Shown piece by piece: positions 49,351 to 58,174 of a DNA stretch of 64,000 nucleotides (position 1 is its first letter; every line of letters starts with the position of its first letter). This stretch comes from Candidatus Poseidoniaceae archaeon (GTDB lineage: Archaea > Thermoplasmatota > Poseidoniia > Poseidoniales > Poseidoniaceae): assembly GCA_949373235.1 (NCBI GenBank), contig CASICQ010000003.1, positions 179,076 through 243,075 on the forward strand. Reading direction: 5' to 3'. A model generated the notes under the pieces. That model had not been told where the DNA came from. It did no database searches and saw only the letters and a program-made list of their open reading frames with translations. Made by a program: the position numbers and the translations under genes.

Positions 49351-49959
49351 TCAGACACACTTCGTCGAAAATTCGGAAACTACGACGCCCTCTTGCTTTT
49401 TCAACACAGCTTTAACGGTGTCACCAGGGTGCAATTGACCAACGCCAGCGGGCGTTCCGGTGAACAGAAGATCACCCGCTTGAACAGGCGCCCATTGCAT
49501 CAAATCCTCGATTTGCATGGTTGGTGTGATGGTCATTTCCAGCACCGGTGCATGTTGGACAAGCACCCCGTTCACCCACAACTCGAGGTGAAGCGCCTCG
49601 TAGGTATCGAGGAGGTAATCCCAGGTGTTGAACCATGGTGAGAAGGGGCCGACATAAGCGCTGCCTCGGAAGCATTTCCCTTTGGTCCATGGCAGTTGTT
49701 CACTGCGCAGTTCACCTTGAGTCAATCGATCGGTCAAATCCAACCCAACAGCAATGGCTTCAGGCTTGCCCTCATGGTTCATCCGCACCACGAGTTCGAC
49801 TTCATGGTGAACTTCACCAGGATGGCCACTGACGTCAATGGTGCCAGACAGTTGCATGCAATTGTCCGGCTTGACAAAGAAAATCGGCGCAGGTGGCTGC
49901 TCGTTGCCCAGTTCAGTGGCGTGCTTTGCAAACGTTCGGATGGTGCACCATAGGGCCAT
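49351..49959 (-). CDS. Fumarylacetoacetate hydrolase family protein
   Basis: FFVKP, HHEVEL, GLDLTDR, WTKGK, GDLLFTGTPAGVG. Confidence 0.9.
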   Translation of the reverse strand: MALWCTIRTFAKHATELGNEQPPAPIFFVKPDNCMQLSGTIDVSGHPGEVHHEVELVVRMNHEGKPEAIAVGLDLTDRLTQGELRSEQLPWTKGKCFRGSAYVGPFSPWFNTWDYLLDTYEALHLELWVNGVLVQHAPVLEMTITPTMQIEDLMQWAPVQAGDLLFTGTPAGVGQLHPGDTVKAVLKKQEGVVVSEFSTKCV

Positions 49960-50035
49960 GCCCCACCCATGCGATTCCCCTTGAAGAAGCCAAAGGGCGA
50001 GCAAGGGTCAAAGGGTGCCGTCATGAGGAGGTGAT

Positions 50036-50545
50036 ATGACACGCGACTGGAGCATCCGCAAGCGGCGACCTGTTCGGCGAAAGAACATCGCCCCATTGCT
50101 CAAGGCGCTCGAAGAGGCGTTGGACATCGACCTCTCAGTTGATGGCGCTTTTTTGGAAATGGCAGAATATGGACCGTGGCAAATGGTTTTGGTGGACAAG
50201 GTGCCGATCGGTGTCGAAGTCAAAAACAGCGAAAGCGAGCGATTTGCTTTCCTTACATTGCGCGGATTTCTTCAACATGATGCTGCTCAAAAATGGGTCG
50301 AAGTCGATCACGGCGCCATTCCATTTTTGATGAAGGGCGCCGATTGCATGGTGGCTGGCGTTCATGATGCCGACCCCAGCATCGAAGTCGGTGAACTGGT
50401 TTGGATTCGAGACATGACGCACAAGCGGCCCTTGGCAATCGGTTGGGCCACGCTCAGCGGTGAGGATCTGAAAACGACAACGAAGGGCAAGGGCATCAAG
50501 ACACTCCATTGGGTTGGGGATGAATTATGGGACATGGAATTGTAG
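50036..50545 (+). CDS. PUA-domain RNA-binding protein (MCT-1/Tma20-like)
   Basis: FLTLRG, VEVDHGAIPFLMKGADCM, KGKGIKTLHWVGDELW. Confidence 0.88.
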   Translation: MTRDWSIRKRRPVRRKNIAPLLKALEEALDIDLSVDGAFLEMAEYGPWQMVLVDKVPIGVEVKNSESERFAFLTLRGFLQHDAAQKWVEVDHGAIPFLMKGADCMVAGVHDADPSIEVGELVWIRDMTHKRPLAIGWATLSGEDLKTTTKGKGIKTLHWVGDELWDMEL

Positions 50546-50605
50546 GCTTTTTGGCATTGGGACTGCCGTGACAAAGGTAAAGAGGTCAACTTCCTTAGTG
50601 TGTTT

Positions 50606-51169
50606 ATGAAGATGTTTTCGTTGACCGTTGCTGTGTGCATGCTGCTTCTTTTGCCGCTTGCATCGGCAAGCTCGCTGGCAGGAGGTCAAGACGTCAATCC
50701 AGAGCCAGGAGAGGCTCCCTTCGCCATCATCACCCGTGATTCGCCGTCTTTCGATTCAGAGACTTGGTCACTCACTGTGGAAATGAATCAAGAAGAACAT
50801 GACAACAACACGGTGTTTGAACTGACCACACAAATCTGCACCAACAACGGGGTCTGTGACCCACCGGTGAAAGCGACGGTTGGTATCGAAGAACGCCTTC
50901 ATTCAATTGATGTCACGCCCAAAGCAGACCACACCTACATCAACTGGCGAGTCAAGGCCATTTACGAAGATGGAAACACCACAAACTTCCCTCAGGGTTC
51001 GTGGTACACCACATGGTCTTCCTGCTGGCAAAACGATGGTGCTTATGGCGGCGTTGATGCGAATCCAGCAAAGGATGGCTGTGCTGAGAGTGAAGATTCA
51101 CCCGGCTTTGGCGCTCTTGTTGCAGTGAGCGGAGTTGCCATGGCGGCTGCGTTCATTCGACGCGACTGA
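50606..51169 (+). CDS. Secreted PGF-CTERM protein of unknown function
   Basis: Signal peptide; C-terminus SPGFGALVAVSGVAMAAAFIRRD; four Cys in the mature part. Confidence 0.75.
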   Translation: MKMFSLTVAVCMLLLLPLASASSLAGGQDVNPEPGEAPFAIITRDSPSFDSETWSLTVEMNQEEHDNNTVFELTTQICTNNGVCDPPVKATVGIEERLHSIDVTPKADHTYINWRVKAIYEDGNTTNFPQGSWYTTWSSCWQNDGAYGGVDANPAKDGCAESEDSPGFGALVAVSGVAMAAAFIRRD

Positions 51170-51614
51170 AGTGCTCGCTCATCCGCTCGATGAAACGGCG
51201 CTGATCATAGCCCCATTCGATGAGAATCACTTCGCAACGGGTTCGATCTTCACTCAACAATCCGTGAGCAAAACCCGCTTGTTGTACATCGCTTGCCACA
51301 AGGGGAAGACCTGAGCCTTCAAAGACCACTTTACATCCGTTCTCTACGACGATTGCCGTGCCGTATGCAAAGGCAATCTCGGTTTCGGAAGGGGATTCCA
51401 CTTCGACATTACCTGCTTTCAAAAAGCGAGTGAGTGCAGCGAGCAGTGGCCCTCCATCGCCCTCAATGGAGGTGCCCCCATACGCTGAAAGAAACTCCAG
51501 TTCAGTGGCGTTCTGTTCCATGAGATGGTCAAGGTCGCGTTGCTTTGGAGCCTTGTCGGTCATGGACATCCTCACCTTTCCAAGAAGAGGGTTGTTTTTG
51601 GTCGTATCGTCCAT
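51153..51614 (-). CDS. Hypothetical cytoplasmic protein
   Basis: Fills the gap; starts 18 nt after the HmuY-like gene; start uncertain. Confidence 0.6.
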   Translation of the reverse strand: MDDTTKNNPLLGKVRMSMTDKAPKQRDLDHLMEQNATELEFLSAYGGTSIEGDGGPLLAALTRFLKAGNVEVESPSETEIAFAYGTAIVVENGCKVVFEGSGLPLVASDVQQAGFAHGLLSEDRTRCEVILIEWGYDQRRFIERMSEHFSRVE

Positions 51615-51632
51615 CGAGGATACATCGTAGGC

Positions 51633-52559
51633 TCATTGGATGGCGTCTATACCGGTGATGTTGATGCCGATCGTTTCGTATTTGGCAAGCACTTGCACGG
51701 CGCAAGGACTGTCGCAAATTTGCACGCCATGTTCAACGAGGGTGACCGTGGCGTTTGATGCCCAGACGCTGGTGTTGTTGCCTTCAACCACGATCAAGCA
51801 GGGCGAGGGCTCCACCAAGTCCCCATCGGACAGCGCTGGGAACGTCGTTCCATTGAGGGCTGCGATAACGATGGTTGGGTGACGGCTCTCATCGGCTTGA
51901 TTGTAATAGGACAAAAATTGCATTTTGTACATCATCCCGCCTTGTTCGATGATGTAAAATCCATCGTTTGGTTGCACTCGATGCTCAGCGAGGTCGTAAG
52001 TGTACCATTCGAGGCGCTCCTCGGTTTGGTTGGACAAATCTTCGGAAGGATACTGTGTGAGGCCTTGGAAATCAGTTTCCTCCACCAGGGCCCATCTGAC
52101 TCCATCTGCGAAGAAGGCATCTGTTTTCGAGAAGCGAAGTGTGAAGTTTCCTTCATCGCTTTCTTTTTGTCCGGGAAGATCGAGGTGGGTGAAGGTTGTT
52201 TCATCTGTCGCATCGATGATGGTGGTGAACGTTGCCCCATCTGCTCCGAGCGAGGCTTTCACCTTCGTCGGAGCACCTCCTTCGGTGGATTGGCTACCGA
52301 ATGAACAGGTGTAGGACCCGTTCTCAGTCAACAATGACATCTGCATGGAGGCCCAAGAAAGGTTCTCAGCGCCTTCATCGAACCTCAGAACAACAAGTGG
52401 ATCATCGGTTGAGGCGGAGGCATTTTGCCCCGCATCGCTCACGATGATGGTGTTGTTTGTTCCAAGGTCCGATTCGTAGTTGATGACCAGAAAGGTCCAG
52501 CCTGCGGCGAGAGCGACCACAACGCAAGTTGCTATGGCAGCGGCTCTCTTCACATTCAT
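51633..52559 (-). CDS. Membrane-anchored protein with an HmuY-like domain
   Basis: N-terminal TM; IDATDETTFTHLDL, FTLRFSKT, WYTYDLAEH, FYII...YKMQFLSYY...HPTI match the HmuY family pattern. Confidence 0.7.
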   Translation of the reverse strand: MNVKRAAAIATCVVVALAAGWTFLVINYESDLGTNNTIIVSDAGQNASASTDDPLVVLRFDEGAENLSWASMQMSLLTENGSYTCSFGSQSTEGGAPTKVKASLGADGATFTTIIDATDETTFTHLDLPGQKESDEGNFTLRFSKTDAFFADGVRWALVEETDFQGLTQYPSEDLSNQTEERLEWYTYDLAEHRVQPNDGFYIIEQGGMMYKMQFLSYYNQADESRHPTIVIAALNGTTFPALSDGDLVEPSPCLIVVEGNNTSVWASNATVTLVEHGVQICDSPCAVQVLAKYETIGINITGIDAIQ

Positions 52560-52565
52560 ACCGGT

Positions 52566-54944
52566 TCATTCCTCGTGACGGCGCTGGCTGATAAGAACTG
52601 CACCTAGCAAGGCGACGACGAGGGTCGTTGCCATGAATCCTGGTGTGTCTTCACTGTCCATGTCGTTGTCAACTGGCGTTGGTGTATCTTCAACAACGGT
52701 TGCTCCTGCACCGACGATTACCTTGCCGTACATGCCGGAGGCCATGTGAGGCTCGCATGCATAGTAGAAGGTGGTAGCGTCTTCAGTGAAGGTGTAGCGG
52801 AAGTCAACGGTGGTGAGAGCTGCTCCTGATGTGATTCCGTCTTGAGTGTAGGTGGTCGACGAATCGCCATCCACTTGACGCACGTTGTGCGCCATGCTCG
52901 AGTCGGTCCATTGCCAGCAGACGGTGTCGCCGGCGGCAATGGTCACGGTTGCTGGGGAGAATTTCAGACCGCTTGGAGCGATTCCGACGGTGGCGTCACA
53001 CTCTTCGAGCACCGGCTCATCTGCAGGTGGCAACAAGACTTGATCGATGACGTGAATCACGCCGTTCGATGCTGGGACGTCAGCGAGCGTAACGTTGGCC
53101 ATTTGTTCGCCAACCATCACAGAAGAGCCCGTGACGTGAATCATGAGGTCGTCGCCGTTTGCAGCAACAACAGTGGTCATGCCTTCAACGAGGTCTGAGG
53201 AAAGGGTGGTTCCTGCAACGACGTGGTAGAGAAGAATGTTGGCGAGCGCTGCGATTTCTTCCTCGGTGTCAAAAGCATCGAGATCGATTCCTGCTGCTGC
53301 AAACGCTGCGTCAGTTGGTGCGAAAACAGTGTAGTCATCCGTGCCGCTTAGGGTTGCAACCAAATTGGCTGAGGTCAGTGCAGCAACGAGTGAGGTGTGG
53401 ATGGTGGTTGCGCCTGCGGTCGTTGCGAGGTTCACTGCCGGAGTCCACATGTAAGCACCGCATTCAGCCGCGCTGATGTCAGAAACTGCGTGGGTCACGG
53501 AGTTGTAACAACCCGTGATGGTTTGGCCCATCATGGTGAAGTTTTCGAGGTACATGTAAGAGTTGCACTCAGCGTTGGTTGCACCTGCTACGATGGAGTG
53601 AGACACCATGTTGTAGCAAATGTCACCAGGTGGCGGCATTAGGACCGCATCGATGACGTGGATGACACCGTTTGTGGTTCCGACATCTGCCCCTGTTACG
53701 GTTGCGCCGCCAACGCTCACTGCGCCGTCTGTGCCAACTGCAAAGGTGGCTTTGTCGCCGTTTACCATGGTCACGGCAAGGCCGTCAGTCACGCTGGATG
53801 ATGCCACTGCGCCCGAATAGACGTGATACAACAAGATGTCCGCCAATGTAGCGTTTTCTTCCGGTGTGTCGAACGAGGCAAGATCAATGCCTGCATCGGC
53901 GAACGCTTGGTCGGTTGGAGCAAAGACCGTGAACGGGCCTTCGCCTTGGAGGGTTTCAACAAGACCGGCTTGGGTGAGCGCTGCAACAAGAGCGGTGTGT
54001 ACACCAGTGGATTGGGCGGTTGCTGGAATGTCCATGGTTGGCCCTGCAACAGGTGGCATGAGCACGGTATCGATCACGTGGATGACACCGTTGCTTGCTT
54101 GTACGTCTGCAGTGGTGACTTTAGCGCCACCTACGGTCACGATACCGTCGGCGACGGAGAAGGAGAGGTCTGCACCGTTGACTGTGGTTGCGGTAAGTCC
54201 GTCGGTCACGTCAGCTGCGGCAACTGCGCCTGCAAGCACGTGATAGGTCAAGATTCCTGCGAGGGTTTGGTTGTCTTCATCCGTGGTGAACGAAGCCAAA
54301 TCGATTCCTGCGCTGGTGAATGCTTCGTCGGTTGGAGCGAAGACGGTGAACGGTCCGTCGCCTTGGAGCGTTTCAAGCAATCCTGCTTGAATGACCGCTG
54401 CGACAAGCGAGTCGTGGACTCCTGTACTCTGTGCCACGGTTGGAATGTCACCAAGACCGGGCGGAGGCATCAACACTGCGTCAATGATGTGGATGATTCC
54501 GTTGCTCGCTGGCACGTCAGCGGTGGTCACCTGAGCGTTTCCGATGCTCACGATACCGTCGGCGACGGTGAATGTGAGTTCTGCCCCGTTGACGGTGGCT
54601 GCTGTCATTCCATCTGTGACATCTGCTGCGGCAACTGCGCCAGCAACGACGTGGTAGGTGAGGATGTTAGCAAGGGTTTGGTTGTCTTCATCGGTGGTGA
54701 AAGTCGACAAATCAACGCCAGCATCAATGAAGGCTTGATCTGTTGGGGCGAAGACCGTGAAGGGTCCATCGCCTTGGAGGGTTTCGAGCAATCCGGCTTG
54801 AACAACTGCGGCGACAAGTGTATCGTGAACCCCTGTGTTCGACGCGTTGGTTGGGATGTCTTCTGTGCTGTCTGCTGCGGCATTGAGCGGCATGGTGGAC
54901 ATCAGTAGGCTGGCTAATATGAGTGTAGCAAGTGCTCTCTTCAT
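52566..54944 (-). CDS. 4x fasciclin (FAS1) + type-1 copper cupredoxin + PGF-CTERM surface protein
   Basis: Four TVFAPTD..F / YHV / NG(V/I)IH(V/I)ID sets; AHNV...YACEPHMASGM; TPGF-TM-RR. Confidence 0.92.
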   Translation of the reverse strand: MKRALATLILASLLMSTMPLNAAADSTEDIPTNASNTGVHDTLVAAVVQAGLLETLQGDGPFTVFAPTDQAFIDAGVDLSTFTTDEDNQTLANILTYHVVAGAVAAADVTDGMTAATVNGAELTFTVADGIVSIGNAQVTTADVPASNGIIHIIDAVLMPPPGLGDIPTVAQSTGVHDSLVAAVIQAGLLETLQGDGPFTVFAPTDEAFTSAGIDLASFTTDEDNQTLAGILTYHVLAGAVAAADVTDGLTATTVNGADLSFSVADGIVTVGGAKVTTADVQASNGVIHVIDTVLMPPVAGPTMDIPATAQSTGVHTALVAALTQAGLVETLQGEGPFTVFAPTDQAFADAGIDLASFDTPEENATLADILLYHVYSGAVASSSVTDGLAVTMVNGDKATFAVGTDGAVSVGGATVTGADVGTTNGVIHVIDAVLMPPPGDICYNMVSHSIVAGATNAECNSYMYLENFTMMGQTITGCYNSVTHAVSDISAAECGAYMWTPAVNLATTAGATTIHTSLVAALTSANLVATLSGTDDYTVFAPTDAAFAAAGIDLDAFDTEEEIAALANILLYHVVAGTTLSSDLVEGMTTVVAANGDDLMIHVTGSSVMVGEQMANVTLADVPASNGVIHVIDQVLLPPADEPVLEECDATVGIAPSGLKFSPATVTIAAGDTVCWQWTDSSMAHNVRQVDGDSSTTYTQDGITSGAALTTVDFRYTFTEDATTFYYACEPHMASGMYGKVIVGAGATVVEDTPTPVDNDMDSEDTPGFMATTLVVALLGAVLISQRRHEE
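54055..54860 (-). repeat. Intragenic tandem FAS1 repeats with 411-nt period
   Basis: Identical 20-mer AGGGTTTGGTTGTCTTCATC at 54262 and 54673, plus further shared blocks. Confidence 0.8.
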
Positions 54945-54995
54945 GACCCATCGCCATCGACTGAGTCATATAAAGGGCTGTAAAAATCCACACCT

Positions 54996-56258
54996 TCAGA
55001 ATGGAGAACGGTACTCATCCACGTCAGCTGAGATTCGCAGCAGTTGGTTGTATTTTGCGACCCGATCTGACCGCGCAGGTGCCCCTGTTTTGATTTGACC
55101 AGCGCGCGTGCCGACCGCCAAATCGGCGATGGTGACGTCTTCGGTTTCCCCGCTTCGGTGCGAGATCACATTGTTGAACCCGTTTGATGAAGCGAGATCC
55201 ATTGCCTCGAGTGTTTCTGTCACCGTTCCAACCTGATTCAACTTCACGAGCATTGCGTTTGCTGCCCCGATTTCAATGCCTTGAGCCAAACGTTCTGATT
55301 GGGTGACAAATAAGTCATCGCCCACGGTTTGCACGCGGTGGCCTTCTCTCTTGGTAAAACGGGACCATCCAGCCCAGTCATCTTCACCGAACCCATCTTC
55401 AATGGAAAGAATTGGATATGCATCGAGCCAACCCGAGTACACATCCGCCAAGTCTTCGCTTGAGAGCACCTTGCCGTCCATGTGGTAGCCGTCGTCGTGA
55501 TGGAATTCAGTCGCAGCAACATCAAGGGCAATGCCCATTTGATCCACGGAGTATCCAGCACCTTCAATGGCTCGAACCATGTACTTCAGGCCCTCTTCAT
55601 TCGCTGGGAGGTTTGGTGCAAAACCACCTTCATCGCCCACGCCACCAAGCAGGCCATCTGCTTTGAGTTCCTTCTTTAGGGCATGGTATGTTTCAACGCC
55701 GGCTCGCAAACCCTCTTCGAAGGTGTCAAATCCGTGAGGCATAACCATGAATTCTTGCACATCAACATTGGAGGCAGCATGTGCACCCCCATTGAGAATG
55801 TTGAGCATTGGAACGGGCATCAAGCCCCCGGCGACACCACCGATGTACTTCCACAAAGGCAATTCATGAACCGCTGCACCGGCATGCAAGCAAGCCATTG
55901 ATGCACCAAGCATGGCGTTGGCCCCGAGGTTGGCTTTGTTTGGTGTGCCATCGAGTTCGATCATAACCTCATCAATGACGCGTTGTTCATCGACGGGCAA
56001 CCCAACGAGGGCTTCTTCAATCCGGTCAGTGATGTTGTCCACAGCCGTGTTCACGCCTTTTCCAAGGTATCTGGAATCGTCGCCATCTCGCATTTCAAGC
56101 GCTTCATAAGCCCCAGTTGAAGCTCCCGACGGAACCGCGGCTCTTCCCAACAGGACGCCGTCGACAAAGCAGTCGACTTCAACGGTTGGATTGCCGCGGC
56201 TGTCAAGAATCATTCGAGCATCGAGGCCTGTGATGTGTCCAGACATTGGCTTCCCCAT
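54996..56258 (-). CDS. eno: Enolase
   Basis: [47 protein letters not shown]. Confidence 0.98.
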   Translation of the reverse strand: MGKPMSGHITGLDARMILDSRGNPTVEVDCFVDGVLLGRAAVPSGASTGAYEALEMRDGDDSRYLGKGVNTAVDNITDRIEEALVGLPVDEQRVIDEVMIELDGTPNKANLGANAMLGASMACLHAGAAVHELPLWKYIGGVAGGLMPVPMLNILNGGAHAASNVDVQEFMVMPHGFDTFEEGLRAGVETYHALKKELKADGLLGGVGDEGGFAPNLPANEEGLKYMVRAIEGAGYSVDQMGIALDVAATEFHHDDGYHMDGKVLSSEDLADVYSGWLDAYPILSIEDGFGEDDWAGWSRFTKREGHRVQTVGDDLFVTQSERLAQGIEIGAANAMLVKLNQVGTVTETLEAMDLASSNGFNNVISHRSGETEDVTIADLAVGTRAGQIKTGAPARSDRVAKYNQLLRISADVDEYRSPF

Positions 56259-56502
56259 ACAATGCCAGTTGAAGGCGACCTTTGAATCAAGCGGAAGCCG
56301 TTCGTTTCCATTTAGCCGGGAATTTTTAGCGTTCGATTATCTTCAAAATCGAAAGAAGGCTTTTTACCTCAACAGCACCGTGGATTGATTTGGTGGAGCC
56401 TTGTACACGGTCAATGATAACAATTCGTCTGTTTTCTCCCCTTTTACTTCCGCATGACGGACATTGAGCAGGCTTCATATACTCAAAGCGGAAGGGCCGT
56501 TC

Positions 56503-56925
56503 ATGCCTCGTGTTGCTGAAATCGATCGTGCCATCCTCGCCCAACTTCGAAAGAACGGTCGTATGTCCTATGTGGACTTGGCCCGAGAAGTGAGTGCATC
56601 GGAGCGCACCGTTCGAACGCATGTGCGCAAAATGGAAGAGGAAGGCACCATTCGTGGCTACACCGTTCGAGAAGGAGGCGTTGGGTTAACGGCACTCGTT
56701 CGCATCAAGGTTTCACCAGGTGCAGAAATTGGTTCCTTTGCTTCGGAAGTCACCGGCTGGGACGGCATTGAAATCATCTACGAAATCTCTGGGGACGCTG
56801 ACTTGGTTGCTCTTGTTCACGTCGACGACACCATGTCCCTTCGAACGCTGTTGGACAAAATGTGGCTTGCTGCTCCAAATGAAATTGCTTCAACAACCAC
56901 GGAACTTGTCCTCGAGCAGTACTGA
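56503..56925 (+). CDS. Lrp/AsnC family transcriptional regulator
   Basis: IDRAILAQLRKNGRMSY..LA, TVRTHVRKMEEEGTIRGY, YEISGDADL. Confidence 0.92.
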   Translation: MPRVAEIDRAILAQLRKNGRMSYVDLAREVSASERTVRTHVRKMEEEGTIRGYTVREGGVGLTALVRIKVSPGAEIGSFASEVTGWDGIEIIYEISGDADLVALVHVDDTMSLRTLLDKMWLAAPNEIASTTTELVLEQY

Positions 56926-57054
56926 TTATTCTTCTTCTGAGGGCGGAGTCTCCACCTTTGGCTTCTCCGCTGGCGCAGGAACTCCGTAGTCGATACCGCA
57001 ACTGCGGCACACCATCTTGTCATCCCAATCGCATTGTCGTCGGCAACCGCTCAT
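56926..57054 (-). CDS. 42-aa Cys-rich microprotein (not in the ORF track)
   Basis: MSGCRRQCDWDDKMVCRSCGIDYGVPAPAEKPKVETPPSEEE; GAGGT SD; fills the gap between the redoxin and lrp genes. Confidence 0.65.
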   Translation of the reverse strand: MSGCRRQCDWDDKMVCRSCGIDYGVPAPAEKPKVETPPSEEE

Positions 57055-57068
57055 TTCGAAAACCTCGT

Positions 57069-57608
57069 TCAGGCGGTCCATTTCACCGAGCATCCGATTG
57101 AATCGGTGTACTCGACGGCGGGAGTTTGGCCAGCGAGCATTGAATCGATGGCGTCTTTGAGTTCGGTTGTCGTCACTTTGGTTGGATCTCTTGGAGCATC
57201 GTCCATTCGTCCCTGATACACCAAACGGTGGTTGGCATCAAAGAGGAAGAATTCAGGGGTTCGCTTGGCATCGTAGGCGTGCGCTACATCCTGAGTGAGG
57301 TCATGCAGGTAAGGATAGCCCATGGAAGTGGCTCGTTTTTGCATGTGTTCAAACGAATCGTTTGGATAGACCACAGGATCGTTGGAATTGATACCAACGA
57401 ACCCGACACCAACCTCCTTGCACCAAGCTGCCATCGATTCCATTCGGGCAATGCTGGCGATGACGTAGGGGCAGTGATTGCATTCGAAGACAACAACCGT
57501 CCCGTTTGCTCCAGCAGCGTTCTCAAAGGACATCAGAGCAGGACCGTTTTCACCATGAGCATTTGTGAGTTCAAAGGATGGGGCTGCATCTCCAATAGCA
57601 AGGGGCAT
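57069..57608 (-). CDS. Thioredoxin/AhpC-TSA family redoxin
   Basis: GDAAPSFEL, CNHCPYV, INSND, TPEFFLFD, YQGRMDD, SIGCSVKW. Confidence 0.9.
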   Translation of the reverse strand: MPLAIGDAAPSFELTNAHGENGPALMSFENAAGANGTVVVFECNHCPYVIASIARMESMAAWCKEVGVGFVGINSNDPVVYPNDSFEHMQKRATSMGYPYLHDLTQDVAHAYDAKRTPEFFLFDANHRLVYQGRMDDAPRDPTKVTTTELKDAIDSMLAGQTPAVEYTDSIGCSVKWTA

Positions 57609-57701
57609 GGTCCTCCCAATCGCTCAAACCACTAAAAAACTTGCATTTTAGCAGCGCCGCCGGTAGAAGAGTTATCTACTGGGAAAGGCGATTTTTTGTT
57701 G

Positions 57702-58124
57702 ATGCAACCGCAAATGCAAGGTATGCCTATGGGAGCCCGACCAGCGAACATGATGTCAATCATGGACGCCGTGAAAACATGTTTGGAACAGTACGTTGGT
57801 TTCGACGGCCGAGCCAGCCGCTCCGAGTATTGGTGGTTCATTTTAGCGTGCGCTATCGCAGGTGTTGTGACAAATATTTTGGATGGTATCATTTTTGGCT
57901 TTGGATTAACAGACCCAACATGGATCTCTACTATTCTTCAACTTGGTTTGTTCCTTCCAACACTTGCCGTTGTCTTCCGAAGATTGCATGACCATGGCAA
58001 ATCTGGTTGGAATGTATGTTGGGCTTTCCTAATACTGCCGATATTCTACCTCACTTATCTCATGATTATCGACGGTGAGGCCCAAGGCAACGCATACGGC
58101 CCTGTTCCCACAAACACGCTCTGA
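57702..58124 (+). CDS. DUF805 membrane protein
   Basis: FDGRASRSEYWWF, RRLHDHGKSGW, NAYGP. Confidence 0.9.
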   Translation: MQPQMQGMPMGARPANMMSIMDAVKTCLEQYVGFDGRASRSEYWWFILACAIAGVVTNILDGIIFGFGLTDPTWISTILQLGLFLPTLAVVFRRLHDHGKSGWNVCWAFLILPIFYLTYLMIIDGEAQGNAYGPVPTNTL

Positions 58125-58174
58125 TCAGAATTTAGAATTCCAAGCGTTGAAGTTGTGAAGCGAAATCCACAACC

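Noticed and set aside
53823-54908. 361-aa plus-strand ORF, and similar long antisense ORFs (28287-29195, 17425-18243, 40419-41135, 14674-15408, 48690-49415, 59913-60707)
   Set aside because: They lie opposite well-supported genes and have no motifs; these are shadow ORFs caused by codon bias.
56326-56478. 50-aa minus-strand ORF starting MKPAQCPSCG
   Set aside because: It has only one CxxC knuckle, and its ATG is 24 nt from the divergent lrp start, overlapping the likely promoter. Not supportable without conservation data.
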